From the NCBI RefSeq assembly GCF_003704095.1, contig NW_020846522.1, positions 62,001 to 126,000 of the forward strand: 64,000 bases of DNA, written 5' to 3'. Positions 23,493 through 36,500 of this stretch are shown in pieces. Positions within the stretch are counted from its first letter, which is position 1. Each line of letters opens with the position of its first letter. Position numbers and translations under genes: made by a program. This DNA comes from Pocillopora damicornis (Eukaryota). The notes under the pieces are model-generated. The model was not told where the DNA came from. It did no database searches and worked only from the letters and a program-made list of their open reading frames with translations.

Positions 23493-26400
23493 AAGAGAGG
23501 ACGATGTTTTGAAGGATATTTTAGGAGGGATCATGTACAGATGTATTTTCTTAAATTGCTAACATTTAGTATAGTTTGTAATTCATATAACACCTAGAGG
23601 GTTTTAAAAGCAGAAGTAGGATCATTTTCTCTGGATGCCGCTCAATATTGGTATGACTTTAAAAGTTTGGGTAGTATGAAATAATTTGATGTTGGTCATG
23701 ATATCAATAGTCAGTATATTGTACCTGATTGGAATAGCTTGTCTAGGAAAGTTTATTTCTATTGAAAAAATCTTATATTAATATGAAATTTTGGTTGAGG
23801 TAGTTTTGAGATACTTTTTTTATTTTTAAGTGATGTAAATAACCAAAAATCATTTTATCAGCTAAATCTTGTACAACTGATCACTGGAACACATTCTAAT
23901 GCATCTGGTAGTGGTACACAATTTGCATGATCAGGATCAGGGGCTTGCTTGCTACTCAAGTTAAAAATCTATTGGCTTGAAAATGAGCTTTGGGAGTTAT
24001 TACATATGAAGTTGGATCAGACCTTACTCAGTCAATTATTTACCAAGTTCAAGTAATCTGGATTTTTTGGTAGTGTATAGGGCATGAATGTTTTTGGCAG
24101 CACTCTCATGGAAAGAGGATTTATTCAGGAACTCTTCATTTTTGTATTATGTGAGTTAACAATATGTTTATTGGGAACTGTATTTTACTTGGACATTTAT
24201 CCAAGTTTGGTCAGTATTCTGCACAGTTTGGTGGAATTTTTACTCTGACATGGGCAAGGGTTAGAGTTTTCTGGCTTTATGTGGAGACAAATTTTTTAGA
24301 AAGGCAAGCAATCCACATGGTTTCCCAAAATGTTACTCCATTTTTTAGGTTTGTGGAAAAGCAACCAGTTTAGGAGTTACGTGTTTGACCGTTTTGTAAT
24401 GACCTTTTTTGTATCAAGGCGAAGTTTTTTATTAAAATTTAAGCTAGCGACTGAATGATCTCTAGCCCGCTAGTAGTGATGCAAATCAAATATACTTCGA
24501 TAAGAATTTTCTCGAGAAAGTATGTACTCTTCTTGGTTATGCATCAGTGAACTTTGCGATTTGTGATTGTTGTTTACATTTGCACGAGAAGATTTTCTGA
24601 CGGTTTCATTTGGTTGACAAAGCTCGACGCAATTCAACAGTGCAGATTTTCTGCAAAATCATCTTACGAACAAAAGTGGTTGGCGACATTTTTCGCTGGC
24701 GACAGTGGTGGGTTTTGGCAGCAGGCATTGTTTTGGAGCTTATTCTGTCTATTTTTAACTCACATGATTGTCACGCAAGGCAAGAGCAGCTGGCACGCAA
24801 TTTTCACATTTGTTATGAGTCATTGGGCATGGGTGCCTTTCAATTCAGAGATCGTTCGCCAAGCATGAAACGCCCGTGTGTTGGTGGGTTTTTCGATGGT
24901 TTGGTTTGTTTATTTGTTTGTTTGTTTTTTGTAACACAATCCGCTTAAAAGCACAGTTAGGGAACTCAAAGCAGCGCTTGAGAACTTGCTTTAGTCATCT
25001 GTGGAATTCAGGTTAGACAACAAGGTGACAGGCAACAAATTCTAAAAGAGGTAATGCGCGTCTGACGGCATTCGAAATGTAAGAGCAAATGAATTCTGCT
25101 AAAGAAACATCAGACTCGACTCCTCATAAATAAAGTTCAATGCTCAATGAACAATAATGCAAGTTTCAGAATTCAGACAAGGGATTTGGTTAGTGACTGA
25201 GCCTGTTCTAAAGGAGTGTCTTTCCTTAACCAATTACAACAAACAATTTTAGTTGAGTCTGAGCATGTTCCTCTCAACAACAAAGTAAAAAAAAATTTTC
25301 CTTAATGTTCGTTGTCTTAGGCCCTACATGTGCTAAAACTTATTCGAACGAACGGAAGTGTAAGTAGTGGTGAACATTGCCATTTGTTCGGTAGATAAAC
25401 ATTCTGTAGAGCGAATTTCAGGCCTTTTAGAGCACTTCGAGGCCATGTACTAAATTTAGAAATTTATTTACTACTTCAAACACGGACAAATTGGATTCTG
25501 ACAAATGGCCCTATTTGATTATAGAAGGGGGTTCCCCTTATTTCCATTTGGCCGGAAAGTGAATCTGTCGAAGCCGAAAGGTCTTGAACTTGTCATGTTA
25601 CAGCTGTTAGCTTGTCTATGGTCTGACAATAATCATCACAAAACGGCAATATTTAGAAAGTTGAATCGAAACGAAACTGAAAGGAAACAAATAGAAAAAG
25701 AAAAGACAAACCGGTTTGGGCTAAGCATTGTATTAAGTCTCGCACTGCAGCAACCAACTAAAAATTTCTGACTTGTTTCAGTCCAAAATAACTTGGTAAC
25801 TAATTTGAGCGGCTATTAATGCATTCAGATATGCTCTAAAAACTAGAAATAACCAGTGGATTTAAACTTATCCGCGCTCCTCTTCCAATGGGATAAAAGA
25901 CTTAAATAACCTCTGCATGTGGTTCGGTATGTTAAGCGAATAACGCCATGCGATCACAGATTGCATCATTTCGTATTATACTTGAGCTTACGTTTCATAC
26001 TGAGACGTAAGGTCACATAAGCCTAGCAGACTTTAGTCCACTTTATTTCGATAGGATGCATATTTACAGCCAAAGACTATAGTCTCCCTTATGGTCCTGT
26101 GAAAGATCACACGATTAAAAAAAGAATACCAAACTTTGAGGCAAATTAAATAACTTAAATATTCTATCAATTTCGAAGCTGTCAGGCGTGAATTTCCTCG
26201 AAACAAACTCAAAGTAACTTCGTTTAAACTTATTCACATGGGAAAAGCAGACTAACTCATTTACGTTGTTTCACAGTTTGACGGTATTGTATAAAAACAT
26301 TCGCTTCATATTGGGTAAAACTAAGGGAGAGGAAAATAATGGTAGAACTGGCTGCAAAGTGAGACAATGAATGAAAAATTAATTTTAAGTTATATCGTGC

Positions 26401-27652
26401 GTTCACTAACAACCCGATCCGGAATTTTGGAACAAAAGAGTTGAAGAGAGAAAAGCTCGATAAATTGAGTTAAACGAGTAGCGTCCGAGAGCCAACTATC
26501 ACCCTTTTCAAAATTGTTATCATAAAATTGGTCATATACACTTCAATTAACATAACGATCACACTTTTTCAGATTACCTCGCATGTTTGAGGAGAAGAGA
26601 AGAAGTTTTATAAATTGTTTAATATACTGTAAAGTTTCCAAAACATCACAAAGATATCATAGTTGAGTAGGCGGCCCATGCAATCTATATAAATCGATTA
26701 GGTAAAGAAGAAACATGCTCTGCATGTATAACAGGCTAAGTAGGGTATTTAAAAGTTTTCCACCGTCAATTATCAAAGCACTTACTTACTTTCGAGTGAG
26801 AGTGGACGAAGCGTAACAAAACTTCGATGTGAGGTTTAAATTAAGGTGACAATATCTTTTTTTTTAATAAAAAACTTTCGTGAAAACAAAAAATAAATAA
26901 AAAAAAATATAAATTCATAAATAAATGATTCAAAAAATGTTAATATGTTCATATGATAATATATGACCTTAGCAACCCCCTGGGTTTAGCCAAACGAGAG
27001 TGAAAAATATGGCGAAGTAGAATCCATCATCCAAGAGAAAAAAAAAAGTCTTGGAAGTTACCCATTCTTCGCGAGAAGACGTGACGGCGTAAGTTTTAAC
27101 GTAATAGCATGCATTAAACTTTGTCCATGGCTGGTTCTCAATACATTTAAAAAATAAATAAATATGTATCAAATACCGAAATCCCTCTAATAAGCCTCTC
27201 TTTCCTCAGTCATAAGCCTTATGCCTCTTCCTCCTATCTAATAGAAGCTGTTCATTTAGGCTAGGTTACGTTTTAGAATAAAGTTGTCTTGTCAGTTTCT
27301 GTTTTATTCAAAGTAGCTTTTCTTAACAGAGAAATGCAGTACTCGATATTAATCGAGGCTAACTATAGGTCAGAGGAAAAGTAACGACTTGCAGTTCGGC
27401 TCCATGAGTTAGTTCTTGGTGAGCCCTCCTTCTCTCTCTCTCTCTCCGTCACTCTGAAAAGCTCCCTATCTAAAAACCCTGGAAATTAACAAGCCCTCAG
27501 CAGAGGTTTAGTAGAGCCTTAACGACAAATACAGGGTTCAAAATTATGTCTCTCAAAGACTGATGCTTTGTTCTTGCTTTGTTTATTACATTGACAATCC
27601 TCTCTCAGCCAATGCACGTGCTTTTTTCTGTTCAGCCATTAGGAAGAGTCTG

Positions 27653-30600
27653 TCATTCGAAATCGCTAGTATCCTCGTCACCATCTACACCTCTGTCACT
27701 CCTCCCCGTTCTGTTTAAAGACTGTTGCGATCCCATCGAGCCTTGAGAGCTGAATCGGTTTAGCGAGGTCTGAGAACCACTTTTCGCCACATCCAGGGTA
27801 GAGGGAAATGATGCAGGGTGAAGGTCATTCTGGAATGCCTATGGACAAGTGGAGACAACGAGAGTTTATCATAGCCAGGGGTGGATGTAGGAATTTTTGA
27901 TAGGGGGGTCCTTAACTTTCATTTAATTATTTTTCCACTATGGCTTCAAAAAAATATCATTTCAAAATAACTTATGATTTAAATACTTCATATCGAGTAG
28001 TAACATAAATCCTGTCACTGCACTACTTTGATGTCAGACAAGTGTTAAAAAACCCCAAAAGTCTGATGGTGGGGAGGATCAGACCCCCTTGCACCCTCCC
28101 CCCCCCTGATTTACCTCTGATAACCAAAAGTTGAATACAAAAAGAACTTATCAGACTCTGCAAAGTGTAGAAATGCAAAAATCTAACAATCCCCTTAAGA
28201 GCATGATGGGTAATCAGGACAAAAGAGAACAAAATTCAAAAAAGAAAAATTATATGAAATTCACTTTGTGTTTTTGTTTAATTCGATCATAATGTGACAA
28301 TAATTCTGGGAACAGCTAATAAACAAGTAACAAAAAATTTCTCTAGGCAGGAAAATCTCCTTTGCCAGCAGGGCTCCTTTTTCCTCATTTTGAGTATTTT
28401 AAGCCTTGTAAACAGTTTTGTATGGGAACTTGAAGGTTATAAATAACCATTCATTAAAGGAGAACCCTTCTCCCCTCAAAACACCATGATGGAACAATCA
28501 AGCAATAGGTAGTTGAGAAAAAAAGACAGGGAAAAAGTCCTGTTGACCATAACTTTTCAACATTCAATTTGTATGGTGAGTAACAATTGCCTTGTTGCTC
28601 CAAAAGCGTCAACCAATTTGATGGTTTTTGTAAAGAGAAACATGTATGAGAAAACAGCTTTGTTTCCCACTGGCCCACACAATGAGCCAATAGTCCACTT
28701 TGCAGTTACATGCTTGGTTGCCAAGCCTTTGAACAGGAGTGAGGCTAAGGGTGACCTTGTTATGATACAAACTTTGCCGCTTTTCAAATGTAAGTGACTT
28801 TGTTATCATGCTAACAAGATACTGGTCTTTATCACAACATGGTCAACTTCAACCTCACTCCAAATCAAAGGCTTGGCAACTAAGAGCACAACTGTAAAAT
28901 GGCCCATTCATTTTTTTCTCACACACATAAATGCATGCTGAAGTACTGAATTAACAATACCTCTATGTCTTGCTCCTCATCCAGGGAACTCAGCCTTTGA
29001 AATGCAGTTGTATAGAGCTCCAGTGCTTTTGCATGAAACAACATTTGACCATGAAAAAAATTGCTAAATACCAACTGTAAAAGTAAAGATACCATAATTT
29101 ATCAAATTACATTTATTTCTTGAGTTTATCAGGCTTAATTGTTTATTCAGCTCATTAACCCTTTTACTCCTAAGATTTCTTTAGTAATTCTCTTTACTGT
29201 TAACGTTTGCGATACAATTCTCATGATGTTAATTTAAAAAATCTGGTATTATTTCAAGTAATAATCCTTCACTGATATTTTTTCTTTATTCTCAAAAGTT
29301 GTCCCCTTAATAATACATTAATATTGTAAGGAGAAGTTCTGTCTTGGTCACTCATGGGAGTGAAAGGATTAAGCAGATGCTAATCAGAGAACTCAGCCTG
29401 ATATTGGGGGAATAGAAGATATGATACTTTATTCCAGACCTAAAAATAGGCATTCATTTTCTATGATTTTGACTAACTTGTCCTTCAACACCGTTACAAC
29501 CAGCATACACTCTCACCCTGATATCTTCAATCTTCTTTCTTTCAAATTCCACCATTTGTTCTTCCAGTGTCTGTCTTGATCGGTTAGCATCAACAGTTAA
29601 CTTTTGCAGGTTCTGCTCAGCCTTGAATGTAAAAATTTACAGATTATTTAACTGGAAAAAAACTGCTGTTTTTGTATCAGCAAGCATTATGAAGTCTACT
29701 CTTAATTCTTCAAGAGAGCCATAAGAAATAAGACATTTTCCTTTGAAATACCACCATAAATGAAACCTTCATCCCCTAGAATTGAAGTTGCCACCCACCT
29801 GTGACTGTTTAACAGTTAAGAATAATATTCTCACTGAACAATGTACAATAAAACTGCAGTATGTATTCAATATGTAACAAATTTATGTCCCTAATAGGAT
29901 CCATTCAAGTCTAGCTATTGAACAAGAATCCTTGAAATTGCCTTAAAGAGGATTCAAGGATACAATTTTTCCCTTGTTCTTTGGTTCTTTGGCCCTAAGT
30001 TTATCCACTGCTTTGCGTTTTATTGATTCTTTTTCTCTAGTGACAGCCAGTTCCTTGACATATTCTCTGGCATGTTTGACATTTGTGGCATTCAAGGACA
30101 ATGGGGGAGAAACCTTTGCTTGTATGAAGTCTACCTGTAAAAAGGAAATTTTTATCATTGAAATTTTTTGGAACAAGATGGGGAGGGGGGGCTGGGGGGA
30201 GGAATAAAAATTGTGGCAAGCATGAAATCTTAACATACAAACACCAACAGTTCTCTAAAATAAGTCCACCATAACTAACAATAAGGATAACAGAACATGA
30301 ACAAATTATAAATGGAAACATTCTATAGTCCCACTCCACATTAGAGCAAAGATCCAGTCAAGTTGTCGGCAAACTACATTTAAGAGAGGCAAGGGAAGGA
30401 CCACTTGGCAAACAAAAGACCATGGTTGCAGGTATCCCTGTTAATCTTTTTTTTTTTTTCAAGACTGAGAAGAGGATAACAAAGGGTTTATAGGCGATGC
30501 ATGATTTAGCCCAAAATTAATGAGACATGTGAAGTTTTCAGAAACTAAGGCAAGGCAGGCTAACAAATTATAGTTTTCCATTTAAAATTTATGATGCTTG

Positions 30601-31802
30601 AATTTTTCTAAACTTTGTGCATGAAATAAGATCAGGACCCAGCCTGTGCAACCCTCTGTGAAGATAGACATTATTGGTGATTTTTAATCAATAAAAGGAA
30701 CTATAAATTCCTTGTTACCTGGGCTCCCATATAGTCCTGCACTGCAGCTATACTTTCACTGATACCACCTAAACTTGCTTTCATTGATGGGTACTCATCA
30801 TCAGCAAAGATATCTACACTCTTCGATAGTTTCATGCCTTTTTCTTGCAAGGATTGCAGTCCTGTAGCAAAAGCTGTAAAATCTTTTAGTAACATGCTGA
30901 AATGTCTCTCTGCAAGGTTGATTCTCTCTGTTATAACTTTGTTTTCATGGTCCCTGAAATGTAACACCAGTACATAGTTTAACCCTTTAATTCAGAAGTG
31001 AGAGATAACTAACATGAAACTTCTTAGCTTATGATGTCTATACATTATCAAGCAAACAGGTAACTCATCTGGTAGAAGTTTTTTGTCTTGATCTAATACC
31101 AAATTCTTGTAACTAATCTACAAGGAAATGAGTAGCAGCTAGAGGGGAGAATTAACAAACAGATCCTGTGAGTGAAAGGGTTAACCCTTTCACTCTCAGG
31201 AGTGAATGAAAATAAATTTCTCTTCATAATGTCAATACATATTCATGCAAAAAGGTTACAAGAAGAAAGATAGGTATCAATAGGGGATATTAATTGATTT
31301 GACAGAAAACTCTCATTCCTCAAATTCTAATGGGAAAGCATAACAGACTGTGTAAAGAATTGATATTTATATCTAGAGAGTGATCATAAGAGGGCTAACT
31401 TTGTTATGTGTGTTAATGAGGCCAGCTCTCATTGTCTGCTGACAAGCATGGCTCTCTGCCTTTTAGGGTCTGCCTCATACTGAAGGAAGGATGCTATTTC
31501 TCTCTCTCCCCCATCTAGNNNNNNNNNNNNNNNNNNTCCCTTATGAAAAAACAACTGCCTCATTGAATAACCACCAGACGATTCTGATAATTGACTCGCA
31601 AAAAAAAGGGAATTATCCATTAATGGATGAATCAGAACCAAGTTCTGCGACCGTTTTATAACTTTGTAATTAATATGCGTAATCTATTTTTCAAATCTTT
31701 AGATCGTGAAACTATACAAACTATGTTTGCAAACCTTGCTTTCGTCTCGCTTCTCATCTCACTGGGAGTAGAAGCATTCAGATTTGATGAGGACTTCTTC
31801 AT
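27653..31802 (-). CDS. CIBAR1: CBY1-interacting BAR domain protein (FAM92), 294 aa
   Basis: Exons 31735-31802, 30719-30953, 29964-30134, 29799-29804 (6 nt), 29517-29621, 28961-29074, 27653-27838, phase-consistent. Motifs AERHF..L, QDYMGAQVDFIQAKV, ISQAEQNLQ, LEEQMVEFERKKIEDI, QMLFHAKALELYTTAFQ. Confidence 0.92.
27877..28119. mobile_element. Probable MITE with G/C-rich inverted termini
   Basis: caggggtggatgtagg at the left end versus ccctgatttacctctg at the right end (imperfect inverted repeat), inside a CIBAR1 intron. Confidence 0.45.
28690..28906. mobile_element. MITE with ~40-bp imperfect TIRs
   Basis: tagtccactttgcagttacatgcttggttgccaagcctttg ... caaaggcttggcaactaagagcacaactgtaaaatggccc. 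A second copy begins at 63001. Confidence 0.8.
29155..29372. mobile_element. TTAA-flanked piggyBac-like MITE
   Basis: TTAAccccttttactcc ... ggagtgaaaggaTTAA; TTAA at both ends. Confidence 0.8.
29805..29963 (-). other. U12-type (minor spliceosome) GT-AG intron in CIBAR1
   Basis: 5' splice site GTATCCTTG; branch site TTCTTAAC (29815-29822) ending 10 nt before the intron end; no polypyrimidine tract. Confidence 0.85.
30979..31184 (-). mobile_element. TTAA-flanked piggyBac-like MITE
   Basis: TTAAccctttaa ... gagtgaaagggTTAA; reverse-orientation relative of 6746-6950. Confidence 0.85.
31181..31398. mobile_element. Second TTAA-type MITE sharing a TTAA with the previous copy
   Basis: Starts TTAAccctttcactc at the shared TTAA; ends aagagggctaa (degenerate). 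Confidence 0.65.
31519..31536. other. Assembly gap (18 N)
   Basis: Run of N in CIBAR1 intron 1. Confidence 1.
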
Positions 31803-32350
31803 CTTTCACGGGAATTTCACGGATCGTATGTAGATTCTTTGCAGTCAAAGCTTTGATAAGCCACCTTCCTGCAGTGATCTGCTCGGTAAAATTATGGACG
31901 CGATCAAAACATCACCAAGCAACCATGTAACAATTGCTTTCCTCTAAAATTTCTCCGAGGAAGATGTAGCTTTTACTTCTTACGCACTACGATCTATGTA
32001 CAAGAGTATTCAGGCACAAGCTCGCGGTAAATTCATTCAGCTAGATCTCGAGATTCTACAGCTTTAGACTACAACTACGATCGCCACTTCGTCCTGATAC
32101 AACAATTTCCCTCCTTTGTCGGGAGGTGAAGGGCACTTTTTTTCTCCTGTTACACATGCGCACTTCTTGTCGTTTCCCGGTTCGCCATCTTGTGTTTCCA
32201 AGTGAACTAAATGAGCGAATCCAAAGGCGTCTGTATTCATCGCAGCACATGTTTATTCGTTTCTCTGACCTCTGACAAATATACTGGATTGTGCAGCTTA
32301 CTCTGATGTTGTTTTAGCGCTGTTGTTTTCTGTATAATTGGACAGACTGT
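31803..32350. promoter_or_regulatory. Bidirectional promoter region (CIBAR1 / dsRBD gene) with non-coding first exon
   Basis: CpG-retaining island between divergent genes. X-box-like ATCACCAAGCAAC (31911-31923), YY1-like CGCCATCTT (~32183), donor ACT|gtaagt at 32349, acceptor at 33556. Confidence 0.55.
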
Positions 32351-32715
32351 AAGTTTTGTTGCATTCACGTGGTTTGATTAAGGAAGGAATTAAGGCTTAA
32401 CGTTTGTAGTTTTGTGTTGTTGGTCGCTAAGAAAAGGGCTTGGTATCCTTAATTGTCGTTTTTCTATCTCTCTTTCGAATTTTAGACTCTGAAATGTTGC
32501 AGTCTAGATCTAAACCCAGTTGTCCGTGTGTTTGAAGCTATAGAACTTCCATATTAGTAGTTCCAAATTGTACTGACAATAACAACCAGACCTATTTGCA
32601 CCACTTGCCAAGTATCCAAAAGGAAGAAAAGTATACTATTGTATGTTAACCTTTATAACAGTTTCCACATAAAAGTGTTGCTTGTAATGACAGGATATTT
32701 AAAGCTCCAAGATTT

Positions 32716-32936
32716 TTGACATTTTAACCCCCAAGGTGTGGTTGGGTTTTAATTTTTTAATTTCTCCTCGTAGCAAAAATATTAAATCAAACATTAAGGT
32801 CATGAGGACAGAGGAAATGATCATCAATTTAAGGAGCTGCTGGTTGTCAAATGAATTCAAACTGTCAGTACCAGAGGGGATGTAAAGAGAACCTTGTAGT
32901 GAATATGAATAATAATGCCAGAGTGTAAGAGGTTAA
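32716..32936. mobile_element. Diverged TTAA-type MITE
   Basis: Internal sequence (acattaaggtcatgag...ggaaatgatcatcaa) matches 59431-59641; ends gtaagaggTTAA. Confidence 0.7.
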
Positions 32937-33322
32937 ACAAAAGAGTGAATAGTCTTCTGTTTACAAACAATTGATGAGGTGTTGGAAATGTTTATAAATG
33001 ATTCCACCACCTGACTGGATCTTAAAAATTAGATAATAATGATCCAGTCAAGAATATAACCAGTAGCTTGGGCTGCAGTTCTTTTCTGTTTCATTTCATA
33101 TTTGCTGTGCAAACATACAAACAGCTCCATATTGCACTACACCCATGTGGAACTCTTGTTCAGGCCACACTTTTCAAATGTGGCTGAAAGGAAAAGGATG
33201 AGATTGTTCTACAATCTGTAGAAACGTTTTGTAATTTAATTTTATATCTTTTTATTTCAAAATTACCATGACCAGTAATTTGTATCTGTAATTACTCTAC
33301 TTTGTCTAGATATTCTCCAAAT

Positions 33323-33485
33323 ATACACTGAATTGAAATATGGCGTCTAATTTGAATTGTAATTGTTCTGGAGTGATTAGCTTCATCTTCAGGTGGAAAC
33401 ACAAAAGGATCATCACATGTTTGAGAGGCTAGTCAGTCCAGAACGATGGCATTCAAATTACACACCATATTTCAATTCAGTGTAT
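33323..33485. mobile_element. MITE with ~35-bp TIRs (Tc1/mariner-like TA ends)
   Basis: atacactgaattgaaatatggcgtctaatttgaat ... attcaaattacacaccatatttcaattcagtgtat. Confidence 0.75.
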
Positions 33486-33584
33486 TGTCTTTGTTATAAT
33501 AGTTGTTGTCTGTCAAGACCTCTATGGAATTTTAGATTGTTTTTTTTTTCTTGTAGAGACACCCTCTGACATCCTGGAACTTTA

Positions 33585-36500
33585 ATGCGAAGAAGGGGAG
33601 GTCCTCCCCCATGGGGATCACGCAACAGGTTGCATCCTCCCTCACCACCACCACCACCTGAGTATCATGACAGGTTTGATCACCCACCACCTCCTCCCTC
33701 AGGAAGGGCACCACCTAGATTTTGGGATGATCCACATTTATCAAGACCTCCTCCTTGGATAAGAGACAAGTTTGATGGTCCACCCAGACATCCACCATGG
33801 GCAGATGATTACTCTCCTCCACAACACTGCCCGCCACCTGGCTGGTCAGCTCCTCAGGGCCCACGTCCTCCTTCATTTATTGATGATGGTCCATCCAGAA
33901 CCCCCCCATGGAAAAGTGACTCGCCCCCACATCATCCACCCCTTCCTCTATTCAATGATGATGATCCTCAAAGAACCCCACCATGGAAAAGTGACTCTCC
34001 ACCTCATCCTGCTCCACGATCTTCATTTGCTGATGATGACTTTGATATTCCTCCTCCTTATCTTCCAAATAGACCACCTAGAGGAAGAAGGAGAGCTGGA
34101 CGTGGTTGCATTCCTGGTAGAGGATCACTCAGTGGAAGGGGTGAGGCTCCTAAAAGAAGAGCTATGATTACAAGAGGTACAAATCAAGCAAAGGGTGCCA
34201 TGATGAGGGGTGTAAATAATAGAAGAGAGTGTTCTCCAGCCCCAAGGGGTAGGGGTGCAGCCATTACAACTAGGGGAGCTCAAAGTGCAGCAAGGGGTAT
34301 GCCTATCACACGAGGACAGACTAGGGGCAGAACCAATGGATCTAGAGGAGCAGCAAGGGGTACTCTTGTATATAGAGGAGGAATATGTGTCTCCAATATT
34401 AATGGTAATGCAAACAGTAAAGAGGATATATCAGGACTGTCAGATGATACTAGCAAAGGATTGGCCAAATGGCTGAATGCTATCAGGAATGGGAAGTTAG
34501 ATACAGAATGCCAAACCTCAACAGAGGCTCCTGGAAACAACATTAATGCAGCATTGCCACAGAAACAAGATTTTCAATCAACAAATACAGATGCAAAGAC
34601 TGGAAAAGGGAATAATGTGAATAACTATGGTGCAAAGGACAAGCAAAAGACACAGCCTAGTGTTGTCAAAGGTACTTGAACAATAATTAGTGCAAAAACA
34701 CACAGAACACCACAGAATTAATGTGCTGATCATTAAGAAGCTTCAACTTTCCCCCCTCCCTCCACCCCCAGGCAACCCACAGGCATTTTACCTTCGTCTG
34801 TGCCCTGGGGGTGGGAAATTTGAACCTTACCTGGCTGGGGTGGGGAATTTGAAACAGAATTATCAACTCTTTCCAACAGAATACAAGTGTTAGATCTCAT
34901 TGAATATGAAAGAGTTTAAAAGTAGATAGTTCACTTTTGCTAGCAAACAGCTCAGAATGAAAGGTGTACAAAGTCAAGGTGAAAAAGCTTGTATCCTGTA
35001 GAAAGTCATGATCACTGTTTTGCCTTTTCCATGGAAAATTGAAGCAGCATTTGAACTCAATTTTTTTCTCTTGGGGGCATGATAACACTGAAGCTTGCTA
35101 GTCAGCTGAATGAAGGTGCTCTAACCTCCTCTTTTTTTTAAAGCACAATCTACGAGGAAGGCATGACATTACTTGGAATTATGTTTTTCGGTGAAATACT
35201 TCAGTCATAAAATATTAATTATGAGTTGGTTTGTGCAATGTGACTAGCAGAGTTCTCTTAAAACGCTATCAACCTGCTATAAATGGTTTCTGTTGATTTT
35301 TCAACTGAATATCTTATGGCAATACACTTGACGTTTGGGAAGGTATGTGAGCTTAGTGCTAGTAAGATTAATTTCATGTATAGTTTATTGCACAAGAGCA
35401 CAATAACACTACCTCTGAGGGCAGATAGTGATGAGAATGAATACAGCTGTTTTGAAAAGGGTTGACAGGGTTAAAGGTAAAAGTGCCCATGACAACCCCT
35501 AAAGGTATTGTTGGCAGTTTCCAGGTCACAGTTCCTTGACCTCAGAATTTCAGGGAAATCTGAGAAAATGTCTCTGAAAGGACCAGGCATTGGGGGTTTG
35601 ATGAATTTATTTGTTTATTTCACTCATTGAAACTCACCTATTATCAGATTATTATTACCTACCGAGATTGCAGCTTGCAATTTCGTCCTTTTTTCTGACA
35701 ACATTTCTCAAAACAGCCGTATATCTTTTCCACCAGGATAAGTGGTCAGGTTTTAGGTAAAATCCTGTCCAGTTATCCCTTTTTTGTTAACCTTGTCTTG
35801 GTACTTTTTATTTACCTGTTGCTGGGTTTGTCTTGTTGTTGCAGTACCTGGGAATCCTGACTTCATTTCATTCAAGAACAGTTTACAAGAATGTTGCCAG
35901 AAGCAGCAGTTACCAGTCCCTTCCTACACAACTTGGAAAAATAGCTTTGGTTACTCAGGAAAAGTTGAGGTTGCAAACAGTACTTTCAAAAGTACTGGTG
36001 TTCAAGGAGAGCGTAAGGAGGCCGAGCAAGGGGCTGCATATTCTGCTTTAATGGCTCTGGGCCTAATTGATGCCTCTGTCAAGTTTGATGTTAAAACTGC
36101 TGCAGGTATACATGTAGTTTCTTTTTTAAGTTGAGTTTTGGCTATAATTACAGTTATATGTGTCTTAACTCAGAAGGCCTCAGCCTGTGAACACCTTTGA
36201 CAGTTCCATGAGGATTGTAGTAATTAACAATTTTCCTGTGAGTGTGCGTTGGATGTGAGATGGTAAATAGGCATCAAGGTGCATATTGCTGAGTTTGCTG
36301 TAACCAATCTTGCACCTGAAAAGCATTAATGGAGTAATTGTTTGTTTGTGTTTTTTTAATTTTATTAGTACATTCTTGGATGTTTGAATATTTTCGGCCT
36401 CCAACACATAGCAATGCATTTCCTTATAGGGTGACTCAGAATNNNNNNNNNNNNNNNNNNNNNNNNNNNNNNNNNNNNNNNNNNNNNNNNNNNNNNNNNN

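Noticed and set aside
33772-34543. His/Leu-rich alternative-frame and antisense ORFs in the Pro-rich exon
   Set aside because: By-products of CCA/CCT/GAT codon bias in the main frame.
36106-36442. Possible extra exons before the gap in the dsRBD gene
   Set aside because: Acceptors tried (36153, 36173, 36429) give stops in the required phase 1; cannot be resolved without the gap sequence.
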